A stretch of DNA of 64,000 nucleotides. Origin: a virus. A program made the translations under genes and the position numbers. Of this stretch, positions 19,818-29,937 are shown in pieces; positions within the stretch are counted from its first letter, which is position 1, and the number at the start of each line of letters is the position of its first letter. The notes beneath the pieces were generated by a model. It was not told the DNA's origin. It ran no database searches and saw only the letters and a list, made by a program, of their open reading frames with translations. The DNA lies in the IMG/VR virus record IMGVR_UViG_3300032782_000005, positions 15,485 to 79,484 of that record. One strand, written 5' to 3'.

Positions 19818-21157
19818 AAAACCAGTCCGCATCCTGCTCTCGCTGAGAGGAGGGTATGGCTTGGGTTGAGGGCGATGTCGTGACATTTGGCGTTATCCTG
19901 AAACACCTGCGAAAACACCGCCCCAACTGGCTTATCGACGTGGCCGCCCCGCGCGGTTCTCACTCCGCCCTCTTCGGCCTTTGCAACCGCGTCCTCTATC
20001 ACGGCGAGCCGGAAGGCAAGTACGACAAGGCGGTGGACCTTGACCTGGAGGACTCCTACGTCCACTTCAAGGACCGTCCCAGCAGCAAGACCGTCTTCAA
20101 CCTGCGTCTTCAGTTCGGTCTGGAATACGACCCGGAGTGCGGGGGCTACGAGATCGCTGTTGGGCCAGAGGCGACGGATCGCGCCGAGCGATGGCTGCGG
20201 AGCGTCATCAGTCCGACGCCCGGCGTGTTCTCGCCGTATCCGGCGGTCGTCCTCCACTACCGCGGTGGCTCCAGCAAGGCTCGCAAGGACCTCGAACACT
20301 GGCAGGGCGAGGTTCTGGTCAACGCCATCCGCCAATCCGGACGCACGCCGATCCTTCTGGACTGGTCCGACTCTCCCATGGACGCCGTGCGCGTCCCCGA
20401 CAAGGTGTGGGGAGGTTTCGGAAACGGCGACGCCGAGACGATGGCCGCCCTGATTAGGCTCTCGGAAGCCTTCATTGGCATCGACTCCGGGCCTGGCAAG
20501 GTTGCCTCGGCGACGGACACGCCAAGCCTGATCGTCTGGACCAAGCATCATCCGGCGCGTTACCACGACCCTGCTCCGAACACCGAACATCTGATCCCGC
20601 ACGACTGGCGGGGAATGCAGCCGATCGAGTGGGACGCCGAACGGGAGAAATTCTTCACGGAGAACTACCGCTTCCGGACATACGCCGGCGAGCACGGTCT
20701 TGTGGGCGAGATCATCCAGTGGCTTCAGAAGACTCTGCGCTGGGAAGGCTGGCTCGACCCCGGCGTGAAGTTCGTGATCCCGGCTCGAATCGAATCGGCG
20801 GCGTGGGTGATGGCGAAGATCAGGAACATCGCCGGGAAGCGCGTCGCCGACTGCATCGTGTCGGCTCAGCCCGGCGACAGCGAGGGCCTGAAGGTTGTGG
20901 AGTTTGTGCGAAGCTTCGGCTTCTTCCGCGACGTGCGAGTTCTTCCCATTGCGGTGCATCAGGGTCCGGAGAAGCCACGGGACACGCGCGGACGCTATCT
21001 CTACGTCTCCGACGGTTTGAGGGACGGCTACCATTACCTCGTGCCGGATACCGTGTCCCAGTTAGGGAAGCCGTTGGCCGACTGGTTGCCGGACGTTCCG
21101 GCTGACTTCGAGATGGTCAAGAGGGCGGAGGAATGGCTGCAATTGACGAATGCTTGA
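19807..21157 (+). CDS. GT9-family glycosyltransferase, probably with a +1 frameshift near 19866
   Basis: AAGGAGGT RBS and ATG at 19807 give MTTEKPVRILLSLRGGYGLG*. The +1 frame continues EGDVVTFG...FIGIDSGP. Confidence 0.75.
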
Positions 21158-21332
21158 GGCCCATCATGTTCGGGGCCAAATGCTCGCGCTGCCCTTATTG
21201 GGTGAATATTTCAGCAAACGCGACTCATGAAGTGCGAGATTATTTGGTCGATAGCGGCTGGGAAATTCTGACGCAGCCAGTGCAATTGCTCTGTCCATGG
21301 TGCGTTGACAAAAAGAGGGCCAAGGAAAAGCC

Positions 21333-22691
21333 ATGACTCCCATCGACCGACTGATCCAGTCCACGCAGGCGACCGAGAAGCGCATCGTCGTCCTCGGCGA
21401 CTCGATGCGCGACGTTCATGTCCATGGCGACCTTCTCCCTTCCCAGGACGGCGTGCAGAAATTCGTGGAACGCCGCCGTCTTGAGACTCCCGGCGGCGCA
21501 GCGGGGGCGGCGCGGCAACTTTGCCGGTGGAGCGCGGAGACAATTCTGCTATCGGTCGGTCACTGTGGCGATCCTCCATACCACGAATCATGGAACGCTG
21601 TTGACTGGTCGCATTGCATGATGAGTCGTCGTATGCCCGAAAAGCACCGCTTCCTCGACGACTCCGGGCGCATCCTCTGGAGACACGACAAGGACCACGG
21701 CTACGGCGCTGACGCGAACCTGATGGAGTCGTGGCGGAAGACGATCCTGGAGCGGCTGTACGAGTTGGCCCCGGACGCCGTGCTGATTTCCGATTACGAC
21801 AAGGGCTTCCTGACGGAGGCGATGATCCGCGAAGTCATCGGGTGGTGCAATGAGAAGGGCGTCCCGATTGTAGCGGACGCGAAGCGCGAGCCGAAAGTAT
21901 ACGACGGCGCGATCTTGAAATTCAACCACGACTATTGGCTCAACCACACGACAACAGGTAAGAGCGAAGTGATAACCTTGGGGGCCGAGCCTCCTGGGGT
22001 CAATGGCCGGGTGCTTCCTAAGATGGCCATTGGCGGCATTGTTTGCAAAAATCACGTCGGAGCTGGCGATTGCTTTTCCGCCACGCTCGCACTCGCCCTG
22101 GCTCACGGCTTCTCATTGGAGGACGCCGCCGCCATCGCCCATTCCGCCGGACGCATTTACGTCCAGCATCTTCACGGTCGTCCGCCATGGCCTTTTGAGA
22201 TTCGGCGCGACCTAAATCCGGTCGGGGGAAAGGTCTTATCAGCGTTCGACCTCGCCGCCTTGTGTAGGGCGGCCCCCGGCCGGATTTGCTGGGCCAACGG
22301 GTGCTTTGACCTCCTCGGCCCACACCACGTCCAGTTCCTCCAGAATGCCCGCAGACAGGGCGATCTCCTGGTGGTCGGGCTGAACGACGACCAGAGCGTG
22401 AGGCGGCTTAAAGGGCCAAAACGCCCCATCATGGCCCTTCCCGAACGGACTGCCATGCTGGCAGCGCTCGATTGCGTGGATTGGGTCGTGCCGTTCTCCG
22501 CCGACGCCCCCGTGGAAGAACTGTCGGCGCTGCGTCCCCATGTGCGCGTCTGCGCCGACATTCCGGATCGCAACGGCGCCGGGGACGAATACGCAGGCGA
22601 GGTCAAACTGCTCCCGATGGTTCCGCAGGCTTCAACCACGGCGATGGTGGAGAGGATAATCCGGTTGCAGCGAACCCCGTCTCCGGCGTAG
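21333..22691 (+). CDS. hldE: HldE-like bifunctional heptose kinase/nucleotidyltransferase
   Basis: VLGDSMRD, GGAA, ISDYDKG, GAGD (PfkB kinase); NGCFDLLGPHH, GLNDD.SV..LKG..RP, STT. Confidence 0.85.
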   Translation: MTPIDRLIQSTQATEKRIVVLGDSMRDVHVHGDLLPSQDGVQKFVERRRLETPGGAAGAARQLCRWSAETILLSVGHCGDPPYHESWNAVDWSHCMMSRRMPEKHRFLDDSGRILWRHDKDHGYGADANLMESWRKTILERLYELAPDAVLISDYDKGFLTEAMIREVIGWCNEKGVPIVADAKREPKVYDGAILKFNHDYWLNHTTTGKSEVITLGAEPPGVNGRVLPKMAIGGIVCKNHVGAGDCFSATLALALAHGFSLEDAAAIAHSAGRIYVQHLHGRPPWPFEIRRDLNPVGGKVLSAFDLAALCRAAPGRICWANGCFDLLGPHHVQFLQNARRQGDLLVVGLNDDQSVRRLKGPKRPIMALPERTAMLAALDCVDWVVPFSADAPVEELSALRPHVRVCADIPDRNGAGDEYAGEVKLLPMVPQASTTAMVERIIRLQRTPSPA

Positions 22692-22695
22692 ACTG

Positions 22696-23112
22696 ATGCT
22701 GCATTGCAGATCGGAGGACGCTTTGCTCGCTCAAATACCCGCCCCTCCAACCGATTTTTTCAGCAACTCGATTCTGTTTGTGATCGCTGGCATCTTCATC
22801 GCGGATCGTGGGTTGTCGGTGTTCATTCAACTTCGGGCGCTGATCGGCTCCGGCGACAGCAGGTTGGCGACCAAGGGAGACGTGAAGGAGGCTCGAACTG
22901 AAGTAGTGGGCGACCTGGAGTTGCACAAGCGCGAGGATTCCAAGCATTTTGGCGAGGTCAAGGAGGAGATCAAGGGCGTCAAGGCTGACATCAAGGAAGT
23001 GCGAGAGGCAGTGAACGAAACGCGGATCAGCACGGCGGAAATCGCGGCGGCATTGCGCGAGCATTTCAACATGACGCCATCACGGGTGGGGAGAAAGGAC
23101 GGGGCGAAATGA
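22696..23112 (+). CDS. Membrane protein with coiled coil (holin-like)
   Basis: One hydrophobic segment followed by a heptad-rich C-terminus. Confidence 0.45.
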   Translation: MLHCRSEDALLAQIPAPPTDFFSNSILFVIAGIFIADRGLSVFIQLRALIGSGDSRLATKGDVKEARTEVVGDLELHKREDSKHFGEVKEEIKGVKADIKEVREAVNETRISTAEIAAALREHFNMTPSRVGRKDGAK

Positions 23113-23414
23113 CGCCAGTGCGGAACGGTCTGGTGATGGTGGAGCGTCCGCCGACCGCAGAGAAAACACTGTCTCGCTTCGCGCTGTGGGTGCAGATCGT
23201 CATTGCCATCCTGTTCGCTGGGGCGTGGTTGCAATTGGAATTCTTCACGTTGCCGCGACTCGACGCCGCCTCGGCTGAATTGCAACAAGACAAGCAGCAC
23301 CGGATGGAAATGCAAACCGTCCGCGACGGCGAGATCAAGCAGAACGCCGACATCTTGCTCCAACTGGAACAGGAGCGGCGAATCCTCAAAGCCATGCAGG
23401 AGACTAAACCGTGA
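23109..23414 (+). CDS. Single-TM protein with coiled coil
   Basis: Hydrophobic segment FALWVQIVIAILFAGAWL. Confidence 0.55.
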   Translation: MTPVRNGLVMVERPPTAEKTLSRFALWVQIVIAILFAGAWLQLEFFTLPRLDAASAELQQDKQHRMEMQTVRDGEIKQNADILLQLEQERRILKAMQETKP

Positions 23415-23611
23415 GTGGAGCCCAGCAAGTTTGGCAGGCGTATGTGGCGCTGGCGGCGGCTCAAAAGACATGGCGGCTGGCGATGCAAGCTTACGCCACG
23501 GCTCAGACGCAGCAGAACGCGGCGAGCCTGAATGCGGCGGAGCAAGCTGTCGAGGTTGCCGACTCGTACTACCAGGCGGCGCTGAACAACTGGGCCAATG
23601 GCGGACATTAA
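23411..23611 (+). CDS. Ala/Gln-rich helical hypothetical protein
   Basis: Coupled GTG start. Confidence 0.5.
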   Translation: MSGAQQVWQAYVALAAAQKTWRLAMQAYATAQTQQNAASLNAAEQAVEVADSYYQAALNNWANGGH

Positions 23612-23628
23612 CGATAGGAGCCTGTTCA

Positions 23629-23910
23629 ATGAAGAACGAAACCGCGCAGGAAGTGAACCCCTCATGGCTGCTGGCCGCTATCGTCGCCGTCTGCATCGGC
23701 ACGCTCATCGTATGCGTGATCCTCGACGTGACGGGGAACCAGGATCAAGTGCCGGTTGTCATGACCTTCGTAGTCCCCATCGCATCCGGCCTCATCGCGT
23801 GGAAGATCGACCTCAACCGCCGCATCAGTCAGGCGGGGCAGCAGATCATTGAGAGCAAGGTCAACGGCCAGCGGGAACGGATTGAGGCGCTTGAGAAAAA
23901 GGTGAAGTGA
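23629..23910 (+). CDS. Two-TM holin-like protein
   Basis: AGGAG RBS; two TM segments; charged C-terminus. Confidence 0.55.
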   Translation: MKNETAQEVNPSWLLAAIVAVCIGTLIVCVILDVTGNQDQVPVVMTFVVPIASGLIAWKIDLNRRISQAGQQIIESKVNGQRERIEALEKKVK

Positions 23911-24009
23911 TACACACGGGGCGGGTGACGGGCCGGCTGGGAGGGGCGACCCGCCGGAGGCGTGAAGAGCGCCGCCCGCCCCACCTTTTACGGAGAGCGA
24001 GGAAACACA

Positions 24010-24734
24010 ATGCAACTGGACGAAGCTAGAGGATTCGCGGCACATGCGTGGTGCGAAGACGCCAACAGCGGCAAGGTCTTAGACGTGGACTTAGCCGAGT
24101 CGTTCGCTCATATCCTGATGACGCGAGTGAACGAGGCAGTGCAGTCGCACAAGATCAGGGAAGCCCGTCGCGTCATGCGGTCGGCGTTGGCTGGGGACGC
24201 TGGATTCCGGCAGGGATACATCGCCAACGTCGCCATGCTGTTGCACGACCACTATGGCATCACGGACTACGAAAAGCGGAACAAGGCCGCTGAGGAAATT
24301 CTCGACCTGATCTTCGGATGACTTTTTACGGAGAGCGACATGGGAGTCGCAATACGCCGGCTGAGGAACAAGACGGCCGAGGAGTGCCTGCTGCGGGCCG
24401 TCTCTCGGCGTGTGAACTATCGACGCTTTATTGCCGCCACGGAGTTGTTGGCGGGGATGCTCTCCAACCCGGAAGTGGTGTCCGCTCGTGCGATGGGCGA
24501 GAACCGTGCCGACGCCGCCCTTGACCGGCTCGCCGATACGGCATGGCGACTGGTGGGGCGGCTGATGGGAAAGGCGGGGGTGATATGAACGACCTCTGGA
24601 CCGTGATGCAGAACAACCTCATCGTTCGCGCCGGCCTGCCCAAGGACGTGGCCGAAAAGGAACGGGACAAGCTCCAGGAGGCGGCCGGCAATATTGCCGT
24701 GACGTACTGGATCACTCCTACGGAGAAACCATGA
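24010..24734 (+). CDS. Three small hypothetical genes (24010..24321, 24340..24588, 24585..24734)
   Basis: RBS present or translationally coupled. Confidence 0.55.
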
Positions 24735-26134
24735 AGCGACTCCTCTATCTTCTGCCTATTCTGTTCGGCCTCGCCGCCGTGGCATCTATCCCGGCCGCCG
24801 ATCCGCCGGACGCGCCGCCGGCGCCGGTTCACCATCCGCGCGGCTACAAACCTCTTCTCGCCGAGCAGGCCAAGGCCCTTCATGACGCCGCCTTCAAACG
24901 CCACGGATATCTGATGGCGTGGTTGGCCAAGCGTGCAACCCCGCCGGCCGTGTTCGACGCCGTCACGCAGGGATGGGTGCAGCCGATCGTGGATCAAGGC
25001 CAGTGCGGGGATTGCTACGGGGTAAGTGCATCCGACGCGGTGACGGGCAGTTTCATCAAGGCCGGCTGGGGAAAGAACGACGGCAGTTTCAAGCTGAGCG
25101 ACCAGTACGGCCTCGACTGCGGCATGTACGAGGGAGGCTGCAACGGCGGCGACGAGGCCCAGGTGATCGACGCATACAAATCGAAGGGAGGCCCAGCCGA
25201 GCACTACGTCGATGCCAGCGGCAAGGCCGTTTCGGACTATGGCCCTTACACGGCAAACCCCGGCTCGTGCAAGCTAAAGGCCGGTGCGAAACTGTGGCAG
25301 GTTCAGGATTGGGGTTATGTCGCGGGAGATCAGGGACAGGGGCCGGCGTCGCTGGCGGCGTACAAGGCCGCCCTGATGCAATACGGCCAGCTATCCATCG
25401 CCCTCGACGCCTCCAGTTTCGACAATTACAACAGCGGCGTCATCACGAACCTCGGCAACTCCATCGATCATGCGATTACCTGCGTGGGGTGGGACGATAC
25501 TAAGCAGGCCCTTCACTGCCGCAACAACTGGGGAACGTCGTGGGGCGAGCAAGGCTACTGCTGGATCAGCTACAAGGCAGTTCCGCAGATCGTGGAACCG
25601 ATCTGGATTCTGGCTCCGGCCGTGACGCCTCCGCCAGTGCCGCCGCCTCCGGGGCCGACACCACCGCCGACGCCCAGCGGCAACCTCTACACCATGACGA
25701 CCGATCCGACGACGGGGGTTATCAGCTTCACGCCGACCACGACGCCGACGCCGGCCGGGAGCGTCACGCTGACGCCGGATCAGGTGAAGCAATTGCAGCA
25801 ATGGTTGGGTGGGCAGAACAAGGAGGCGCCTCTGCCGCCGCCTGAGCAGAAGAAGCCTGCCAAGCCGATGCCTCCGCCCGAGCCGCCGGAGTCGTTGGAA
25901 TGGCGTCGGCCGCGCGACCCCAGCATCACCAACGCGGCGGAGTTGTGGAGTCCGACGGCTCTCCGAGGTGAATGGATCACGCATCCCGGTGTGTATCTGC
26001 CTCGCCGGGGCGACGGCTGGGGCGAGGCATCTGAACCTCCCATCCCACCACCCGATAGTCGATGGGACCACAACCATTCGTATGTTTGGCAGACGCCGGG
26101 AGGACGCATCCCGGTGTCGGAGTTGAGACCTTAA
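24731..26134 (+). CDS. Secreted papain-like (C1A) cysteine peptidase with Pro-rich tail
   Basis: Signal peptide; DQGQCGDCY, GCNGG, DHAITCVGW, RNNWGTSWGEQGY (catalytic Q/C/H/N present). Confidence 0.9.
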   Translation: MKRLLYLLPILFGLAAVASIPAADPPDAPPAPVHHPRGYKPLLAEQAKALHDAAFKRHGYLMAWLAKRATPPAVFDAVTQGWVQPIVDQGQCGDCYGVSASDAVTGSFIKAGWGKNDGSFKLSDQYGLDCGMYEGGCNGGDEAQVIDAYKSKGGPAEHYVDASGKAVSDYGPYTANPGSCKLKAGAKLWQVQDWGYVAGDQGQGPASLAAYKAALMQYGQLSIALDASSFDNYNSGVITNLGNSIDHAITCVGWDDTKQALHCRNNWGTSWGEQGYCWISYKAVPQIVEPIWILAPAVTPPPVPPPPGPTPPPTPSGNLYTMTTDPTTGVISFTPTTTPTPAGSVTLTPDQVKQLQQWLGGQNKEAPLPPPEQKKPAKPMPPPEPPESLEWRRPRDPSITNAAELWSPTALRGEWITHPGVYLPRRGDGWGEASEPPIPPPDSRWDHNHSYVWQTPGGRIPVSELRP

Positions 26135-26139
26135 CGTAT

Positions 26140-26247
26140 TTCGGCGGCTGCGGCCGAATCCGCATCCAGGGAAGCGGCTTCGACTCGCACGGGCAACTGT
26201 GCGGGCGGCAGAAAACTCGAAGGAAACCTGATCGGCCAGCCGCCGAA
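26140..26247 (+). ncRNA. Structured intergenic RNA candidate
   Basis: TTCGGCGGCTG/CAGCCGCCGAA closing stem; internal hairpin with a GCAA tetraloop. Confidence 0.4.
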
Positions 26248-26284
26248 CCTTACACCTTCGCCCCTCTCACGGGAGACCTGTTTC

Positions 26285-26497
26285 ATGAGTCTGCTTCTGA
26301 AAATCCTGGCCCTGCTGTCGCAGCTCCAAAACCTCCAGCTGGTGCAGGACATTGAACAGTGCGTCATCACCAACACGTCGGCCGCCGCGATCTGGGCGTG
26401 CATCCTCGGCAAGCTGAACGGCCATCCAACCGTGACGGCGCACGACATGGCCCACATCGAGGCGGCGAAGACGTTGGCGACTGCGGCGAAGCTGTAA
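26285..26497 (+). CDS. Small hypothetical protein
   Basis: GGGAG RBS. Confidence 0.55.
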   Translation: MSLLLKILALLSQLQNLQLVQDIEQCVITNTSAAAIWACILGKLNGHPTVTAHDMAHIEAAKTLATAAKL

Positions 26498-26648
26498 CCG
26501 CCGATGTTTGACCACGAGGAGGGCGTGCCGTGTGGCAGCGCATCCAAAACTCCATCACGACCGTCCTCCTCGTGCTGTTCGGCGTCTTCATGATCGTGGG
26601 CGACTGGCTCGCCCGCAGCCTCGGATATGATCCGTGGAAGGGGAAAAA

Positions 26649-26984
26649 ATGAGCGCTCCTACCGTGCAACTCAGAGGCGTCTGGCTACGGCGTGAAGGAA
26701 ATTACGCCGTGGTAGAGGCATGGATGCCGGACGGCAGTTATCGGGAGATTATCCGCGAGCCGCTTGACTCGCCATTTTCCCATTGCGTTCACGCGGGCGG
26801 CATCAAAACGAGCCGGGTTGTCCGATCCACTTGCGCCGACTGCGGCGCGACCTTCGTTGGTTGGCCTCCGGGCCTTTGCTCCGCGTGCGCCCAGAAGGCA
26901 TACGACACTACCGAACCTGTTCCGATGTCCGAGAAGCGGATTCAGGAGATCGTTGACTACGCCGTGAGCAAGGAGCATTCATGA
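26649..26984 (+). CDS. Hypothetical protein with zinc finger
   Basis: CADC...CSAC. Confidence 0.55.
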   Translation: MSAPTVQLRGVWLRREGNYAVVEAWMPDGSYREIIREPLDSPFSHCVHAGGIKTSRVVRSTCADCGATFVGWPPGLCSACAQKAYDTTEPVPMSEKRIQEIVDYAVSKEHS

Positions 26985-27652
26985 GCAAGATTCTAATCGC
27001 CATCGTCCTCTTGTCCGCCGCCCTCCCTTCGGCCCGCGCCGACTCACTCTCCGACGCGCTATACGCCGTGGAGGTCCGGGGCGTCCACTACTTCAACGCG
27101 GGCGACGTGGCGACGTGCAGGAGCGAGTACCACGCGGCCCTCGAGGTCGCCGGCCCGAAGCTGCCGCCCGATCTCCAAGCCGTGGTCGCCGACGCCCTGG
27201 CCCGTGAGCAGGGTGAGCCGACCGATGAGGATGCCGCGTTCTTGTTGCGGGCGACGATTGACAAAGTGCGGAAGGGGCTGAAGGCTCCTATCATCCACCT
27301 CGACGCGACCCCGCTCAAAACCACCTGCCTCTGTCAGCAGGGCGGGCAATGCTTGTGCTTGCAGGCCGGTCTCGCTTGTCATTGCAACTCGGCTCACTCG
27401 CACGTGTTCACGTCGGCCCGTTACCGCTGGTCCATACATGGCGATTGGGCCGAACTGATCGACGCGGGGACGGGCAAGCAGGTTGGCGGGCTTATGTTCG
27501 ACACGGGGCACTTTTTCCCCTACGTCGATGGCGTCTGGGGCGCGGCGTGCGAGCCGCCGATTGCGGCGCCGGCCAAGCCGCAGGTCAGCGTGGCCGCACC
27601 AATGCCAGTCATGACAATGCGGAGCGTGCGCGGGTGTGCGTCGGGGACGTGA
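26981..27652 (+). CDS. Secreted Cys-rich hypothetical protein
   Basis: Signal peptide ending A-R-A; CLC..CLC..CHC. Confidence 0.65.
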   Translation: MSKILIAIVLLSAALPSARADSLSDALYAVEVRGVHYFNAGDVATCRSEYHAALEVAGPKLPPDLQAVVADALAREQGEPTDEDAAFLLRATIDKVRKGLKAPIIHLDATPLKTTCLCQQGGQCLCLQAGLACHCNSAHSHVFTSARYRWSIHGDWAELIDAGTGKQVGGLMFDTGHFFPYVDGVWGAACEPPIAAPAKPQVSVAAPMPVMTMRSVRGCASGT

Positions 27653-27801
27653 AGGTGAACCAAGAGCCCCCGTGCGGGGCTGGAGGGAACGATGATCCTA
27701 ACCCCCAACTACGCCATGTCGCCCTTCTTCTGGCTCTCCGGCGGCCCGTGGAGCTGCTGGCACAGCGAACCGCCGCGAAGGATGATGGTGAAGGGAAGGC
27801 C

Positions 27802-28023
27802 ATGAGAAGCCACAAGTGTGAACAGTGCGGCGAGTTCTTCACGGCGCTAGATTCACCTCGCCTGTGTCCGGCGTGCGAGGAATATGAGGCGCTCATAGCT
27901 GACGATCTTCCCGAATTGACCGATGAGGAGCGAGTCGCCATGAACTCGCTGCCGCCTGAGTTTGTGGAGCGAATTCTGCGAGGCGAGCGGCCTTTAACCG
28001 ATCCAAAGACGTTTGCGAACTGA
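27802..28023 (+). CDS. Small zinc-finger protein
   Basis: CEQC...CPAC. Confidence 0.5.
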   Translation: MRSHKCEQCGEFFTALDSPRLCPACEEYEALIADDLPELTDEERVAMNSLPPEFVERILRGERPLTDPKTFAN

Positions 28024-28050
28024 TTCGCCCCCTACTCATGGAGGTCCGAA

Positions 28051-28287
28051 ATGAAAACCCTTGTGTCCGCCGCCCTCGCCCTCTGTCTGCTGTGTCTCGT
28101 GGCCTGCTTCGCGCGAGCCGACTGCCGCAACGGCTCCTGCTCTGCTCCGCCGACGTACACCTACGTCCAGACCAGCGGTGTCGTGGTGCAGGTCACGACC
28201 TCGGCTCCAGTTGGATTTCGTCAGCGTCACCTGCAACGCCGCATCGACCGGCTGAATCGGCGGGCGGTGCGAGTGGCGGCGAGGTAA
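28051..28287 (+). CDS. Small secreted protein
   Basis: GGAGG RBS; signal peptide followed by CRNGSC. Confidence 0.6.
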   Translation: MKTLVSAALALCLLCLVACFARADCRNGSCSAPPTYTYVQTSGVVVQVTTSAPVGFRQRHLQRRIDRLNRRAVRVAAR

Positions 28288-28387
28288 GGATGATCTTTCG
28301 GGGTGGGGTCGCAAAAACCTCGTGGGAGCGACAACGTGTCGTAGGATTCTTTCCCATTGAACGAGGCTGGGTGCCCCGCCCCGATTC

Positions 28388-28409
28388 CTACTGGTAAAAT
28401 TACCAGTAG
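28388..28409. repeat. 22-bp palindrome, copy 3
   Basis: CTACTGGTAAAATTACCAGTAG followed by AAAATT. Confidence 0.95.
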
Positions 28410-28448
28410 AAAATTATCCCCTCTCATTTATAGCACATCAAGCTCCTC

Positions 28449-28476
28449 TTGCCTGCATCTACCAGGACGCTATCAT
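28449..28476 (+). promoter_or_regulatory. Promoter for the leaderless regulator gene
   Basis: TTGCCT-N16-TATCAT; ATG at 28484. Confidence 0.5.
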
Positions 28477-28483
28477 GTAACGC

Positions 28484-28678
28484 ATGGACGCCACCAATCT
28501 GCGACCGACAAGCTTCCGCTTCGACCCTAAGTTTCTGGCCGAGCTAAAAGAACTGACTGATCTGTTGAGCAGCGGGGACGCCGGGCGTCTGACGCGCACG
28601 CAGGTCATCAGGGTTGCGGTCAGGCGACAACTCGATTTCGAGAAAGCCCGAAGGAAAAATTTCTCAAAATCGGATTGA
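28484..28678 (+). CDS. Ribbon-helix-helix (CopG/Arc-like) regulator
   Basis: PTSFRF strand, helix, then TRTQVIRVAV. Confidence 0.65.
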   Translation: MDATNLRPTSFRFDPKFLAELKELTDLLSSGDAGRLTRTQVIRVAVRRQLDFEKARRKNFSKSD

Positions 28679-28703
28679 CATTTCGCTATGCGGTAGCGAA
28701 GAT
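28675..28703 (+). promoter_or_regulatory. Promoter with overlapping operator palindrome
   Basis: TTGACA-N17-GAAGAT; TTCGCTA-N5-TAGCGAA at 28682-28700. Confidence 0.55.
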
Positions 28704-28739
28704 GAGGATGTGGACGGAAGGCTCAACAAAGGAGACGCA

Positions 28740-29929
28740 ATGTTTCAGGGCTTTTTCGCCTGGCTCCGCAACCGCGTCAAGCAGGCGGTCGTGGCCGGCG
28801 TGCAGGAGGCGATGGACGAACTGGCGACGGCGAAGGTGCAGGACGCGCCCGCCGAGCCGCAGTTGTTGACGTTCAAGGAGTCGGAAACGCCGGCCAAGCG
28901 CCGCAAGGCCGAGTGATCGTCCCAAAGGGAGGACGGGCGATGTATTACATGTACGACGACGGGCAGTACATCATCTGCACACGTCTAGCGCCGCAAACGG
29001 CGCGAGCGGCGCAGGATTGTCTTGCGGGGCCACTCACACTGGAGCAGGCCCGCGAATGGGCTTCTGCGGAAGAACGGTCGGTTATTTGGCGCTGACGCAC
29101 ACAAGCAAAGGGGAACGCAATGCCTCTCACCAAGTACCAAGAAGACGAACGTATTCGCTGGCTCGACAGCCTGCGAGCCATGATCGAGTACGCCGAGGCG
29201 CATCCAGAGATGCCCGCGCCGGCGTGCTGGGACATGGCAAGCTTCTTCCCGAAAACGCGGGAGGAAATGGCCGAAGTCGCCCGTTATCACGCTCCGGTCG
29301 AAAAGGTTTTCTCCGGTCCACTTGAGGATGACTGGTTCTATATCAGGAAGAAAATCGGTGGCATCCAGCTTCGGTTCAATATGAGACGTGGAGAGGTCTG
29401 CACGAAGGTTCCGACTGGCGTGAAGAAACTGACCGTTCCCGCCGAGCCGGCCAAACCCGCGCGTGAAATTGAAATCGAACAGTACGAGTGGCGGTGCGAC
29501 GCCATCCTCGCTCCGAGCGGCGAAGATGCGACGCCGGTTCCGGCCGAACACGCCATTTGATGGAGCATCGCCGCCATGCGCATCCTCGAAAACCGCTTTG
29601 ATATCGAAGTCGAGACGTGGGACGACCCAGGAGACTATCCAAACGCGCTCGCCGCCGGACCGCTGCCGTCTTACCAGTATGTCTGCGAAGTGCCAGGTCG
29701 GCTGATAGTCCAACTGGAGTTTGGCGATGACGATCCGGGCGAGGAGGCGGTGGAGATCGCACAAGAACACGCCGACTTGCCCGATGGCGTCACGGTCACG
29801 AAATGGGACATGCAGCGCGACGGCGACAAACTGACCTTCGAGGTCGCGGACTTCGAGGCAGAACGGCCAGAGCGGGAAGGCCCGGACCCGGACGAGTTGC
29901 GCGATGCGTGGCTGGATCGGAATTACTGA
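28740..29929 (+). CDS. Four hypothetical genes (28740..28916, 28940..29095, 29120..29560, 29576..29929)
   Basis: Each has an RBS. Confidence 0.55.
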
Positions 29930-29937
29930 GGCAAGTT

